Below, piece by piece: positions 48,282 to 58,298 of a stretch of DNA of 64,000 bases (its first letter is position 1; each line of letters begins with the position of its first letter). The stretch comes from Actinomycetota bacterium (GTDB lineage Bacteria; Actinomycetota; Acidimicrobiia; IMCC26256; VFJJ01): the NCBI GenBank assembly GCA_009886115.1, contig VFJJ01000111.1:1-64000 (forward strand). Direction: 5' to 3'. The notes beneath the pieces were generated by a model. That model worked only from the letters and a program-made list of their open reading frames with translations. It made no database searches and was not told the origin of the DNA. A program made the translations under genes and the position numbers.

Positions 48282-49319
48282 TCAGCCCGACGAACGTCCA
48301 CCCGAGCCGTGCCGGGGGGGCTGGCTCCCCATGAACATCGACCGCAGCGTGTCGAACGATTCGAGGCACCGGCCCGCGCCGCGCACCACGGTCTCGAGCG
48401 GCGATGCGACGTAGTGGACCGGGAGGTTGGTGTCGCGGGCGATCCGTTCGTCGATGCCCCGGAGCATGGCCCCGCCGCCGACGAGGTTGACGCCGTGGAA
48501 GATGAGGTCTTGCGCCAACTCCGGCGGGGCTTGGGCGAGGCACCGGACCACGGCGTCGCACATGGCGTTGACCGGCTCCTGGATGGCCTCGCGGACCTCG
48601 TCGGGGCGGAGCACGATCGTCTTCGGGAGACCGCTCGTGAGGTCGCGCCCTCGCACCTCGGCCCGATAGTCGTCGGCCACCGGATAGGCCGAGCCGATCG
48701 CCAGCTTCACGTCCTCAGCCGTGCGCTCACCGATCGCGACCCCGTGTTGGCGACGGACCCAGGTCTGGATGGCGGCGTCGATGTCGAACGAACCGACCCG
48801 CACGGCCTCCAGCGCGACGACCCCGCCCAACGAGATGACAGCCACCTCGGTGGTGCCCCCGCCGATGTCGACCACCATGTTCCCGATCGGCTCGTGGATC
48901 GGCAGCTCAGCCCCGATGGCCGCGGCCATCGGTTGCTCGATGAGATAGGTGGCGGCTGCGCCCGCGCTGCGCGCGGCCTCGAGGACGGCGCGCTGCTCGA
49001 CAGCGGTGATCGCCGACGGGACGCAGATGAGGATCCGGGCCCGGTTGAGCCGGCTCACGTTGGCCCGCTGCAACAGCAGCCGGATCATGCGCTGGGTGAT
49101 GTTGTAGTCGGTGATCGCGCCCTTGCGCAGAGGACGCACGGCCACGATGTAGCCCGGCGTGCGCCCGATCATCTGCCAGGCCTCGTGGCCCATCGCCAGC
49201 ACTTCCTGCGAACGGCTGTTGAGCGCAATGACCGTGGGCTCGTTGAGGATGATGCCCTCACCGCGCGCGTAGATCAGGGTGTTCGCGGTACCGAGGTCAA
49301 TCGCCAGATCACGGGGCAT
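48282..49319 (-). CDS. mreB: Rod shape-determining actin homolog MreB
   Basis: DLGTANT, RPLRKGAI, DIGGGTTE, GGGAML. Confidence 0.93.
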   Translation of the reverse strand: MPRDLAIDLGTANTLIYARGEGIILNEPTVIALNSRSQEVLAMGHEAWQMIGRTPGYIVAVRPLRKGAITDYNITQRMIRLLLQRANVSRLNRARILICVPSAITAVEQRAVLEAARSAGAAATYLIEQPMAAAIGAELPIHEPIGNMVVDIGGGTTEVAVISLGGVVALEAVRVGSFDIDAAIQTWVRRQHGVAIGERTAEDVKLAIGSAYPVADDYRAEVRGRDLTSGLPKTIVLRPDEVREAIQEPVNAMCDAVVRCLAQAPPELAQDLIFHGVNLVGGGAMLRGIDERIARDTNLPVHYVASPLETVVRGAGRCLESFDTLRSMFMGSQPPRHGSGGRSSG

Positions 49320-49366
49320 CGGCGCTCAGGCTAGGCCCGGGGAGCGAACACACAGCGACCTGGCGG

Positions 49367-49897
49367 TCATGGCACCAACGGAGAGGGCACGGGAGCGACA
49401 GGCCGCGCGTCGACACCCCAGTCGGAACCCCCGGCCCAATGCTCGCGCTTCCAGATGGGCACGGTGTCCTTCAGCGTGTCGATGCAGAAGCGGGCCGCGT
49501 CGAACGCCGGACCCCGGTGCGCCGTCGAGACGACCACGGCCACAGCGACGTCACTCAGGTCGAGGGGGCCGACGCGGTGCAACAGCGCCAGACGCTCGAT
49601 CGACGGCCACAGCAGCCTCGCTTGGCGTGCGATCGCCCGCATGCGCTCGACCGCCGCGCTCTCGTACGACTCGTAGGTGAGACCCGTCACGTCGGTGCGC
49701 CCGTCGGCATGGTCACGCACCACGCCGAGGAAGTTGACCACCGCGCCGCTGCCCGTCGTGGTGACCCAGGCGATCGCGTCTTCGACCGGCAGGGGGTCGG
49801 CGGTCAGCGCAACCCAGTCGAAGCCTTCGAGCGGTGCCCTGAGCGCGGCGCGCCCATCACTGCCCTCCGATCGATGGCCTGCCGACATGCTGGTCAT
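49367..49897 (-). CDS. moaE: Molybdopterin synthase catalytic subunit MoaE
   Basis: FLGVVRDH, LTYESY, HRVG, VPIWKRE. Confidence 0.92.
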   Translation of the reverse strand: MTSMSAGHRSEGSDGRAALRAPLEGFDWVALTADPLPVEDAIAWVTTTGSGAVVNFLGVVRDHADGRTDVTGLTYESYESAAVERMRAIARQARLLWPSIERLALLHRVGPLDLSDVAVAVVVSTAHRGPAFDAARFCIDTLKDTVPIWKREHWAGGSDWGVDARPVAPVPSPLVP

Positions 49898-50081
49898 GGG
49901 TCCGAGAATACGTCGCGCAGCCGGGCGCGGCGATGCCATCGGCAGATTCCGACATCTCCACCGAGCCGCGAACACCAGACGCGAACGCGTCGGTACACTC
50001 GCCGGTCGAGCCCGTCGGTACGGATTGGGCCGGCTGCGAACGACGAGACCAGGGCCGAGATGCCGGTGACGAACCCTGACC

Positions 50082-51431
50082 ATGGGTGAAGACGACGAGA
50101 GCTTCCGGCCTCCTCCCACGCCGGCCGAACGCACGTGGATCCATCCATCAGAGCTCCATGCGCTCGGAGGCGCCACCGCGGGCGAGCCCCGCGCCGGGAC
50201 GGATGCGCGACAGACCTGGGCTCCGTCGTTCCTGGTACCGACGCACCAGCGCTTCTCGGGACTGAGTCGGATCACGATCCAGGTCCGGTCGGCGTCGCGA
50301 GCCGCCACCATCCCGGTCCTGGCGGGAGTCGTCGGTGCCGCGGTCGCGCTGGGCGCGGCCGCCGGCCTCGGTGCCTTCGACCGCCGCAGTGCGACTCCCG
50401 TCGTCGGCGCAGCCGACACCGCCGCCCCTTCCGCACCGGGCTCGCTCGACATCGCGGGCTCGGCGTCGTTCGCGACGGCGCCCGACGTCGCCCAGCTCGT
50501 GGCCGACGCGGCGCCGGCCGTCCTCCGGGTCGAGGTGCCCACACTCGACGGCGGTCGGGTCGGCTCCGGGGTCACGATCGATGATCACGGGACCGTGCTC
50601 ACCAGCCACGACCTCGTCGCCGGGACGACCCAGGTCGAGGTCGTCGACTCACTCGGAAGGGTCCACGTCGCCCGGGTCGTCGGTTCCGACCCCGACAGCG
50701 GTCTCGCCGTACTCCACGTCGACGCCGACGACCTCGTCCCCGCCCGTCTCGCCGATCACGGGCCCGAGCAGGTGGGGAGCACAGCCATCGTCGTGGGCGC
50801 GCCGACCGGGCTCGAGTCGGCCGCGACGGTCGCCGTCGGGGTCATCTCGGGGTTGGGCAAGGTCGTGCCCCTCGCCGACGATCGCTGGCTCTACGGCATG
50901 GTGCAGGTCGACACCAGGGTTCCCCTCACCGCCACCGGAGGAGCGGTGCTCGACCTGCATGGCGCGGTCGTGGCCGTGAGCGTGGGTCCGCCCACCGGCG
51001 CCGCTGCGACCCTGCTGGGTATCGACCCCAACACCGGCGGGCTCGCTGTGCCCATCGACGTCGCCCGGGCGGTGGCGGCCCAGATCCATGCTCAGGGCTC
51101 GGTACGGTACGCCTGGCTGGGGATCGCGGGCGGAGATCTCGACTCCGCAACCTCGCTCCGGCTCGGGGTCGGCGGGGGCGCGGTCGTCACCCGTGTCGAG
51201 GCCGACGGTCCGGCAGACGCGGCCGGGGTCGTCGAAGGCGACGTCATCACGGCCGTCGACGGCATGGCCATCTCGGGCATGGTGGTTCTCATGACCGAGG
51301 TTCGCGCCTCGCCCGTGGGCTCCACCGTCGACCTCACCATCGTGCGCTCCAACCCGTCCAACGCCGCTCCGGGCCAGCTACCAGCCGTGGTCAAGCTCCC
51401 GGTGCTGCTCGTGGCCCGCCCGGAGTCGTGA
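50082..51431 (+). CDS. HtrA-like trypsin + PDZ membrane protein, catalytically degenerate
   Basis: GSGVTI, VVGSDPDSGLAVL, QVD..TGGAVLD, AWLGI then PDZ. Confidence 0.85.
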   Translation: MGEDDESFRPPPTPAERTWIHPSELHALGGATAGEPRAGTDARQTWAPSFLVPTHQRFSGLSRITIQVRSASRAATIPVLAGVVGAAVALGAAAGLGAFDRRSATPVVGAADTAAPSAPGSLDIAGSASFATAPDVAQLVADAAPAVLRVEVPTLDGGRVGSGVTIDDHGTVLTSHDLVAGTTQVEVVDSLGRVHVARVVGSDPDSGLAVLHVDADDLVPARLADHGPEQVGSTAIVVGAPTGLESAATVAVGVISGLGKVVPLADDRWLYGMVQVDTRVPLTATGGAVLDLHGAVVAVSVGPPTGAAATLLGIDPNTGGLAVPIDVARAVAAQIHAQGSVRYAWLGIAGGDLDSATSLRLGVGGGAVVTRVEADGPADAAGVVEGDVITAVDGMAISGMVVLMTEVRASPVGSTVDLTIVRSNPSNAAPGQLPAVVKLPVLLVARPES

Positions 51432-52491
51432 GCGACGACACCTCCGCCGCCCGGAGCGTGAGCCGCCGGCCTCGACCCGCTCGACGACCGAGGCCGGCGA
51501 GCGCCACGGCGGCCACCACACCAGCCACGACGACGGGGCGACGGTGGCTCGGGCGGGGCCCGGCCGTTTCGAGGCACGCCCGCAGCGCCGATTCGTTGTC
51601 GTGTTGGGGCGACCACCCGGTGGCCCGCAGGCGGTCGGTGGCAACCACGCAGGCGCTGGCGAGGAACGGGGTCATCCCCGGCGGGACGCTCGACGCTCCC
51701 ATCGCCCACATCCGCGTCAGGACCCGCCGCGCCACGTCGGGGCGCAGCGCGACGCGCCGAGTTGGCTCACCCACCACGGCGCGCACGGCCTCGGCGCTCA
51801 GCCACCCGTCGGCAGCCACGTTGTAGGTCCCCGGGAGGTTGCGATCGACCGCGTGGGCGATGGCCGCGGCCGCATCCTCGACGTGGAGGAACTGCACCGG
51901 CGGCGGCGAGCTCACCCCGATCGGGGCCCGTCCCAGAGCATGGGCCGCCACCACGGGCGAGGTCGAGTGGCCGAGAACGAAGGCCAGTCGCAAGACGGTG
52001 CCCACCCGGTCGAGACCTTCGAGGCGCCACTCGCGGAGCTGGCGTTCGTTCTCGGCCTTGTGCACTCCCAGGGCGAAGCCGGGATTCGGACGCAGCGAGG
52101 CGTCCTCGGTGAGCGGGACGGGGTTGTCGGCCCAGGCCCCGTAGACGGCCACGCTCGACGTGAGCACCACCGTGCGCACTCCGGCCGCGGCTGCCGCGTC
52201 GAGGAGGCGACGGGTGCCGTCGAGGTTCACCCGGGCCAGGACCGCGTCGTCGAGGTCGGGATCGAACAGGCCCGCCAGATGCACCAGGACCTCGACACCT
52301 TCCAGGAGCTCGGCCAGGTCGGTCGTGACCACGTCGACGCAGCGGAAGTCGAGCCACCGGGGTCGGAACCGGGGCTCGCCGGTGTCGATGCCGACCACGC
52401 GCGCCGTGCGGCCGTCAGCCTCCAGGTGCCGGAGGTAGGCCTGCCCGATGGTTCCCGAGACCCCGCTGATCGCAATCGTCGACACCCCCAT
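51391..52491 (-). CDS. NAD-dependent epimerase/dehydratase family protein
   Basis: ISGVSGTIG, SSVAVYGA, QFLHVED. Confidence 0.88.
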   Translation of the reverse strand: MGVSTIAISGVSGTIGQAYLRHLEADGRTARVVGIDTGEPRFRPRWLDFRCVDVVTTDLAELLEGVEVLVHLAGLFDPDLDDAVLARVNLDGTRRLLDAAAAAGVRTVVLTSSVAVYGAWADNPVPLTEDASLRPNPGFALGVHKAENERQLREWRLEGLDRVGTVLRLAFVLGHSTSPVVAAHALGRAPIGVSSPPPVQFLHVEDAAAAIAHAVDRNLPGTYNVAADGWLSAEAVRAVVGEPTRRVALRPDVARRVLTRMWAMGASSVPPGMTPFLASACVVATDRLRATGWSPQHDNESALRACLETAGPRPSHRRPVVVAGVVAAVALAGLGRRAGRGRRLTLRAAEVSSLTTPGGPRAAPGA

Positions 52492-52502
52492 ACACTGACC
52501 GA

Positions 52503-53993
52503 GTGGACGACCGCGCTCAAGACTCGGGAGACGACGACGATCCCCGACCGACATGGCCGTTCCCCTTCGGCTTCGGCATGTTCGACCCCGCCACCTTCGA
52601 CCCCGCCACCTTCGACCCCGCCACCTTCGACCCGGCCACCTTCGACTGGTCGAAGCTCGATCTCTCGGGCCTCGACCTGTCGACGCTCGACCTGTCCAAC
52701 TTCGATCTCTCGCAGTTGGGGCTCTCAGGCGTCGACGTCGCCGCGATGCTGCGCCAGCTCAGCTCCGAGGGTCCGGTGAACTGGGGCATGGCCCGCCAGG
52801 TCGCGGCGATGATCTCCACCGAGGACCCCACGGCCGACGGACCGCTCGCCATGTTCCTCGTGCCCCCCGCAGCCCAGGGGGTGTCGACGCCGACCCCGAC
52901 GCCCCCCCGCCCCATCTCCAGCGCCGAGATCTCCGAGTTCGCCGACCTGGTTCGAGCGGCCGAGGTGCTCGTCGGTCAGGCGATCGACCTGACCGGCCCG
53001 GCGAACCAGGCCCAGCTGGTCACGCGGGCCCAGTGGGCCGACCAGATCCTCGACGGACTGCATCCCGTGGTCGAGGGCCTGGCCCAGCTCCTCCAGGCCG
53101 GCGGATCGCCGGTTGACGATCCGTCCCGGCTCGAGCAGCACCTCGCCGATTCGGCGGCAGGCCCCGCCGACGACCTCGATCCGCTCTCGTTGATCAGCGG
53201 CCTGATGCCGGTCCTCGTCCCGATGCTCGTCGGGGTCCAAGCCGGCTTCATGGCCGGGCACCTGGCCCGGATCGCCCTCACACGACACGACCTGCCCCTG
53301 CCCCTCGCGGGCCAGCCGATGGTGCTCCTCGTGGCCGAGAACGTGGACGACTTCGAGCGGGCCTGGTCACTCGACCGACGCGACTTCCGGTTCGCGCTGG
53401 CGCTGCACGAGATCTCGCACGCCTACCTTCGGGCGATCCCCTGGCTCCATGAGCGCATCGTCGAGCTCGCCGTCGAGTACGTCACGGGATATCGAATCGA
53501 CCCGGAGATCCTCGAGGGCCGCTTGGGCACGATCGACCCGGCCGACCCCGCCACCTTCGAGCATGTGCTCGGCGATCCCGGCGCGCTCCTCGGCGCGATG
53601 CACACGCCCGCCCAGGAAGAGACCCGGCGCCGCCTCCAGACCCTGGTCTCGGTCCTCGAAGGTGTCGCCGACCACGTCGTCGAGACCGTCGGCACGCCGA
53701 TGATCCCGACCCTGGGCATCATTCAGGAGGCCCGACGGCGCCACCGGGTCGTCCAGGGCGAGGCCGAACGGTTCATCGCCAAGCTCCTCGGCATGGAGAT
53801 GCGCCGTGAGCACTACGACCGGGGCCGGGCGTTCTGCGCGGGGGTCGTGGAGCGGGGCGGAACGGCTGCGTTGACGCGCGTCTGGGAACGACCCGAGCAC
53901 CTCCCGACGCCCAACGAGCTCGAGGCCCCCGGGCTGTGGCTGGCCCGGCTCGAGATCATGGACCAGGATGATCGCGACGGGACCGGTCCCTGA
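52503..53993 (+). CDS. Zinc-dependent metalloprotease (DUF2342/zincin-like)
   Basis: GPVNW, LHEISH, LEGVAD, LPTPNEL..P..W. Confidence 0.88.
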   Translation: MDDRAQDSGDDDDPRPTWPFPFGFGMFDPATFDPATFDPATFDPATFDWSKLDLSGLDLSTLDLSNFDLSQLGLSGVDVAAMLRQLSSEGPVNWGMARQVAAMISTEDPTADGPLAMFLVPPAAQGVSTPTPTPPRPISSAEISEFADLVRAAEVLVGQAIDLTGPANQAQLVTRAQWADQILDGLHPVVEGLAQLLQAGGSPVDDPSRLEQHLADSAAGPADDLDPLSLISGLMPVLVPMLVGVQAGFMAGHLARIALTRHDLPLPLAGQPMVLLVAENVDDFERAWSLDRRDFRFALALHEISHAYLRAIPWLHERIVELAVEYVTGYRIDPEILEGRLGTIDPADPATFEHVLGDPGALLGAMHTPAQEETRRRLQTLVSVLEGVADHVVETVGTPMIPTLGIIQEARRRHRVVQGEAERFIAKLLGMEMRREHYDRGRAFCAGVVERGGTAALTRVWERPEHLPTPNELEAPGLWLARLEIMDQDDRDGTGP

Positions 53994-55395
53994 TCGGGGC
54001 CGACACCCCACGCGGTCGGCGACGGCGACGGTCACCCGCGGCCCCCTGAGTCCGACGGACACGCTGGACATTCTGACCACCTTGGACGCCCTGGACGCCT
54101 TGGAGACCCTGGAGACCCAGACCATCCTGGTCGCGCTGGTCACGGCCGAGGAGGGCTCGACGGCGACCCGGGGCTCGCTTGTCGAGTGAGACCCGGCGGG
54201 TCGGATCGTCAGAGCCACTCGCCTGGTTGGCCGTAGCCCGGGTTCCACCGATGTACGAGAGGCCACCGAAACCCAGCCCCAGGGTCAAGAGCAAGAACCC
54301 CGTCCGCCCCCCGAAGTTGCCGACCACCGCGCCGAGGCCACCGAGCACCCAGACCAGCTGGAACCGGGTCTCGAAGCGGGCGAAGGCCCGACCGCGGGCC
54401 GCGTCGTGAGCATCGCGTTGAATCAGGCTGTCGAAGGCCAGCTTGCCCGCCGAGGCCCCGAGCGCCACGGCGAACGCGACGGCCAGGGTGGCCAGGCGCC
54501 CGAAGCCCCGGGCTGAGAACAGGCAGACCACGGCTGGCAGCAGCAGCGAGCCGACGAGGATCGACTCCTCGCGGATCCGCCGGCGCAGCCCCGGCGCCAC
54601 CATGGCGCCCACGAAACCCCCGAGACCCGAGAACCCGAGCACCAGCCCGAAGAACCACGCCGGCTCGCCCGCGGCCTTGAGCGAGAACGCCAGCAGGAAC
54701 GTGAGGAACCCGATGGCTCCGCGAAGGACCCCCATGCCCGACACGGCCAGACGAACGCTCGCGGTCTGGAGCTCCGCCCGCTCGAGGTCGGTCTCGTCGG
54801 GCGCCACCGAGCGGGCCCGGTCGAGCTGGAGCGCCGCCACCGCACCCACGAGGAAGACCACCGCGCCCAGGCGCAGCACCCAGGCTGCGCCCACGAGCTT
54901 CAGGACCAATGCCGCCGGCAGGAGCCCGAGCGTCCCTCCGAGCACGCCGATCAGGGCCAGACGGGCATTGGCCTTGACCAGATCGTCAGGGCCGTCCACG
55001 ACCGACGGGACCAGCGCGCTCTTGGTGATCGAGTACGACTTCTGCATCACCAGCGCCCCGAAGGCCAGCGGGAACAGGAAGACGCTGTCGACCTGCCCGG
55101 CCATCAGGATGCACATCAGTGCCCTTCCGAGGAAGGTGCCGAAGACCATGGCCTTGCGTCCGCCTCGCGAGCGATCGAGGAACGGCCCGATGATCGGAGC
55201 GATGACGGCGAAGGGCGCCATCGTGAACAGCAGGTACAAGATCGTGCGTCCACGGGCCGCGTCGACCGAGGCCGTGAAGAACAGCGATCCGGCCAGGGCC
55301 GCGGTGATGAACGCGTCGCCGGCCGCGGAGACGGCATGGGTGGCCGCCATCCGAGCGAACGGCGTCGTCTGCTGCGGTATCCCCTGGCGGCTCAT
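53956..55395 (-). CDS. MFS transporter
   Basis: ALAGSLFF, TMAPFAVIAPIIGPFLDR, RAFARFETRFQLVWVLG. Confidence 0.88.
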   Translation of the reverse strand: MSRQGIPQQTTPFARMAATHAVSAAGDAFITAALAGSLFFTASVDAARGRTILYLLFTMAPFAVIAPIIGPFLDRSRGGRKAMVFGTFLGRALMCILMAGQVDSVFLFPLAFGALVMQKSYSITKSALVPSVVDGPDDLVKANARLALIGVLGGTLGLLPAALVLKLVGAAWVLRLGAVVFLVGAVAALQLDRARSVAPDETDLERAELQTASVRLAVSGMGVLRGAIGFLTFLLAFSLKAAGEPAWFFGLVLGFSGLGGFVGAMVAPGLRRRIREESILVGSLLLPAVVCLFSARGFGRLATLAVAFAVALGASAGKLAFDSLIQRDAHDAARGRAFARFETRFQLVWVLGGLGAVVGNFGGRTGFLLLTLGLGFGGLSYIGGTRATANQASGSDDPTRRVSLDKRAPGRRRALLGRDQRDQDGLGLQGLQGVQGVQGGQNVQRVRRTQGAAGDRRRRRPRGVSAPIRDRSRRDHPGP

Positions 55396-55565
55396 GTATC
55401 CCTGTCTTCGCTCGCCTGGTCTTCGCTCGCCTGCTGCTCGGCCGGGGGCCGTCCTGACGCGAGCGGCCCCATGCTAGGTGCCATCGGGACACGACGAGCG
55501 AGGTCCGTAGACTGCGCGATGCCCTGGCCGACGACCAGGCCCACAACGACCGAGGAGCACATCCC

Positions 55566-56030
55566 ATGGCAGTTGCAGTAGGCGACACGGCACCCGACTT
55601 CGAGTTGCCGGCCACGACCGGCGACAAGATCACGCTCTCGAGCTACCGCGGCTCGAGCAACGTCGCCCTGGTCTTTTACCCCTTCACCTTCACCGGCGTG
55701 TGTGCCGGCGAGCTCTGCGAGCTCCGCGACGACCTCGCCCGCTACGAGGCAGCCGGCGTACAGGTGCTGGCGATCTCGTGCGACACGAAGTTCGCCCAGG
55801 CCCTGTGGGCCAAGGATCAGGGCTACACCTTCCCCGTGCTCTCCGACTTCTGGCCCCACGGCGAAGTCGCCCGCGCCTACGGCGTGTTCAACGACACGGT
55901 CGGCTGCGCCATGCGGGGCACGTTCATCATCGACAAGGCCGGCGTCGTCGTCGACGCTTTCCAGACCGACACGCTGGGACAAGCCCGCGAGAAGGCCCTC
56001 TACGACTCGGCGCTGGCCAAGCTGGCCTGA
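55566..56030 (+). CDS. Peroxiredoxin (AhpE-like)
   Basis: FYPFTFTGVCAGE, LSDFWPHG, RGTFIIDK. Confidence 0.92.
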   Translation: MAVAVGDTAPDFELPATTGDKITLSSYRGSSNVALVFYPFTFTGVCAGELCELRDDLARYEAAGVQVLAISCDTKFAQALWAKDQGYTFPVLSDFWPHGEVARAYGVFNDTVGCAMRGTFIIDKAGVVVDAFQTDTLGQAREKALYDSALAKLA

Positions 56031-56128
56031 GCACCGGTCGTTCCATCTGTACCCGTCGGACCACGGGAGCCGCCGCGCTGCCGATCAGGCAGCCCGGCGC
56101 CCCGTGCGTCTCCGATTCAGTCTCCGAT

Positions 56129-56392
56129 TCAGTCTCCGGGACCGTCGCCCATGTCCCAGTCGAGGACGAGCAGCTCGCGCTCGGCATCGCGCGCGACCCG
56201 TTCCTTGTTCCGTCGGAACTGGGGATCGTGCGGCGGGAGGAGCTGCAGCCTGGCGTCGACCCGCACGCGGAACTCGTCGACCACCGACGAATCACCGAGC
56301 ACCCTGATCACTTCCCAGTGCGGCGCGACCGGCCCCAGGTAGACGATCTTCACGTGCCCTCGCGGCGGCTGGTCATCGAACAGCACGGTCAT
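56129..56392 (-). CDS. Small hypothetical protein (87 aa)
   Basis: GC3-rich codons, compact sequence VKIVYLGPVAPHWEV..LLPPHDPQFRRN. Confidence 0.7.
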   Translation of the reverse strand: MTVLFDDQPPRGHVKIVYLGPVAPHWEVIRVLGDSSVVDEFRVRVDARLQLLPPHDPQFRRNKERVARDAERELLVLDWDMGDGPGD

Positions 56393-56593
56393 GGAGGTCC
56401 TCTCGACAGGCGGCGGCGAACAGCCGGCCTCTGAGCCTATCGAGAGCACCGTCGACGACCCCGGCCCACCTCTGGTCTCGATCAAAGTCACGCTGCGCGC
56501 GAACATCACGACTCTGCGTCAACAGCTCGCCATTCTTTACCCTGAGGCTACGGCTCGTTGACCTCCACGAAACCCGGAGCACCAGAGAATGCG

Positions 56594-56619
56594 GGAACGG
56601 CGGGGCCCTTTGGAACGTT
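56594..56619 (+). promoter_or_regulatory. ECF sigma (SigE/SigH/SigR-type) promoter upstream of whiB
   Basis: GGAAC-N17-CGTT. Confidence 0.6.
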
Positions 56620-56696
56620 TCATCCATGAGGGTGTGCATCTCCCACCACCCCGCGATCGAAGATCGTCGGGGCTTCAGGCGAACCGGAGTGACCAC

Positions 56697-56969
56697 GTGG
56701 ACCGTATCGACGTCGTTGACCAACCGACCACCGACTACGACTGGATGCAAGCCGCGACGTGCCGGGGACGGTCGCCGTCGGAGTTCTTCCCGTCTGACGG
56801 GGTCGGCGTCGAGCGGGCCCGCCGCATGTGTGCCGATTGCCCGGTGCGGCCCGAGTGCCTCGAGTACGCCTTGTCCCACCGCATCGATCACGGCGTCTGG
56901 GGCGGATGCTCCGAGCGCGAGCGCCGACGGATCCTCCGTCGCCGCCGTGCCCAGCTCCAACCCGCCTGA
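56697..56969 (+). CDS. whiB: WhiB-family Fe-S transcriptional regulator
   Basis: Four Cys (C..CADC..C) and GVWGG turn. Confidence 0.92.
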   Translation: MDRIDVVDQPTTDYDWMQAATCRGRSPSEFFPSDGVGVERARRMCADCPVRPECLEYALSHRIDHGVWGGCSERERRRILRRRRAQLQPA

Positions 56970-57111
56970 TCCCGAGTCACCCCAGCTGATCAGGGGCCCG
57001 CGCTGGCAACCCGAGTCCACCCTGGCTGATCCGGGGCCCGCGCTTTCGTGGTGTGACCGCCCGCACCCGATGGGCCCGGTGGGGAGAACCTCGACCCGAT
57101 CTGGTCGATGC

Positions 57112-57702
57112 TCAGTTCAAGACGTCGTTGATGGCGTCGGCGAGCTCCTGGAGCCATTCCGGGTCGGAGCCCAGGCCCGGGATCGTCGTGCTCGTCACGT
57201 CGACAACAACGGTGCCGTCGCCCACGTTGACGTCCTCGCCCGCGCTGTCGCCCTCGGCGGGGGCACGTGTCGCGGTGATGCCAGCGATGACCGCCGCTCG
57301 CGACGCGGTCGTCCCCGAGCCCGGCGTGGCCGGAGCGCCCCCGCCACGGGTGCCTGCGATACCCGCTGCGAGGATCACCACCGATGCAGCCACCGACGCC
57401 CAGCGCAGGCGGGCCGGGGAGGCGACGGCCGCTCGATCCTGAGCAGTCGGCGACGACGACGGGCGATCGGAGGCCACGTCGTCGACGACCCGGAGCCAGA
57501 ACGCCGGGGTCCCGCTGCGCATCGGGAGCGTCCGCACCCGCTGACGGACCCGGGCCAACTCGTCGAGCTCGGATCGGCACTCGGCGTGGTCCGCGAGATG
57601 GGCTTCGAGAGCCTGCGCCTCGGTCTCGTCGAGCTCGCCATCGAGCAAGGCGCTGATGAGCTCGTCCCACGGACAGGGTGTGCTGGTCGTCTGGTCGATC
57701 AT
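57112..57702 (-). CDS. zf-HC2 anti-sigma factor (RseA-like)
   Basis: ISALLDGELD..HLADHAEC, TM helix; ATG overlaps the sigma stop. Confidence 0.8.
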   Translation of the reverse strand: MIDQTTSTPCPWDELISALLDGELDETEAQALEAHLADHAECRSELDELARVRQRVRTLPMRSGTPAFWLRVVDDVASDRPSSSPTAQDRAAVASPARLRWASVAASVVILAAGIAGTRGGGAPATPGSGTTASRAAVIAGITATRAPAEGDSAGEDVNVGDGTVVVDVTSTTIPGLGSDPEWLQELADAINDVLN

Positions 57703-58289
57703 CTCGGCATCCCTGTGAGAGCAGCCCGCAGGATCTTGCGGCCACGATGGATGCGCGATCGCACGGTGCCGACGGGTATCCCGAGCGCGATGGCGATGTC
57801 CTCGTACGAGAGACCGGCCACGTCGCACAGCACCACGGCGGTGCGGAACTCGTCGGGCAGCCCGGCCACGGCCAACTCCAGATCGCGAGGGAGCATGGTG
57901 GAGGCCTCGTCGGCCGCTGGTGCCGGCGTCATCACGCGATCGGGGTCGTCGGGGAGGAACCCGACAGGCCGTCGACGGCGACGACGCACGTCATCGAGGA
58001 ACACGTTGGTGCAAATACGGGCCAGCCACGCCTCGAAGTTCCCCGGCTGGTAACCCGCGAGTCCTCTGCGGACCCGCAGAAGGGTGTCTTGCACGAGATC
58101 CTGCGCATCGTCGTCGTTCCCCGTCAGTCGGTACGCCACGGTGTACAGGAAGCGCCCGTGCGTACGGGCCACGTCCTCCCAGGTGGGGATGGCGTCGGTC
58201 ACTGGTGGCAACGACATCTCGGCGACGATCGGTTCCCGGTGGGCGAGGCGAATCTCTCGGACGGTCGGCGGGGGTCGTTCAGCCCCCAC
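57699..58289 (-). CDS. sigE: ECF RNA polymerase sigma factor (SigE-like)
   Basis: AYRLTGNDDDAQDLVQ, FEAWLARI, GTVRSRIHRGR. Confidence 0.88.
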   Translation of the reverse strand: MGAERPPPTVREIRLAHREPIVAEMSLPPVTDAIPTWEDVARTHGRFLYTVAYRLTGNDDDAQDLVQDTLLRVRRGLAGYQPGNFEAWLARICTNVFLDDVRRRRRRPVGFLPDDPDRVMTPAPAADEASTMLPRDLELAVAGLPDEFRTAVVLCDVAGLSYEDIAIALGIPVGTVRSRIHRGRKILRAALTGMPR

Positions 58290-58298
58290 CAGTGACCG

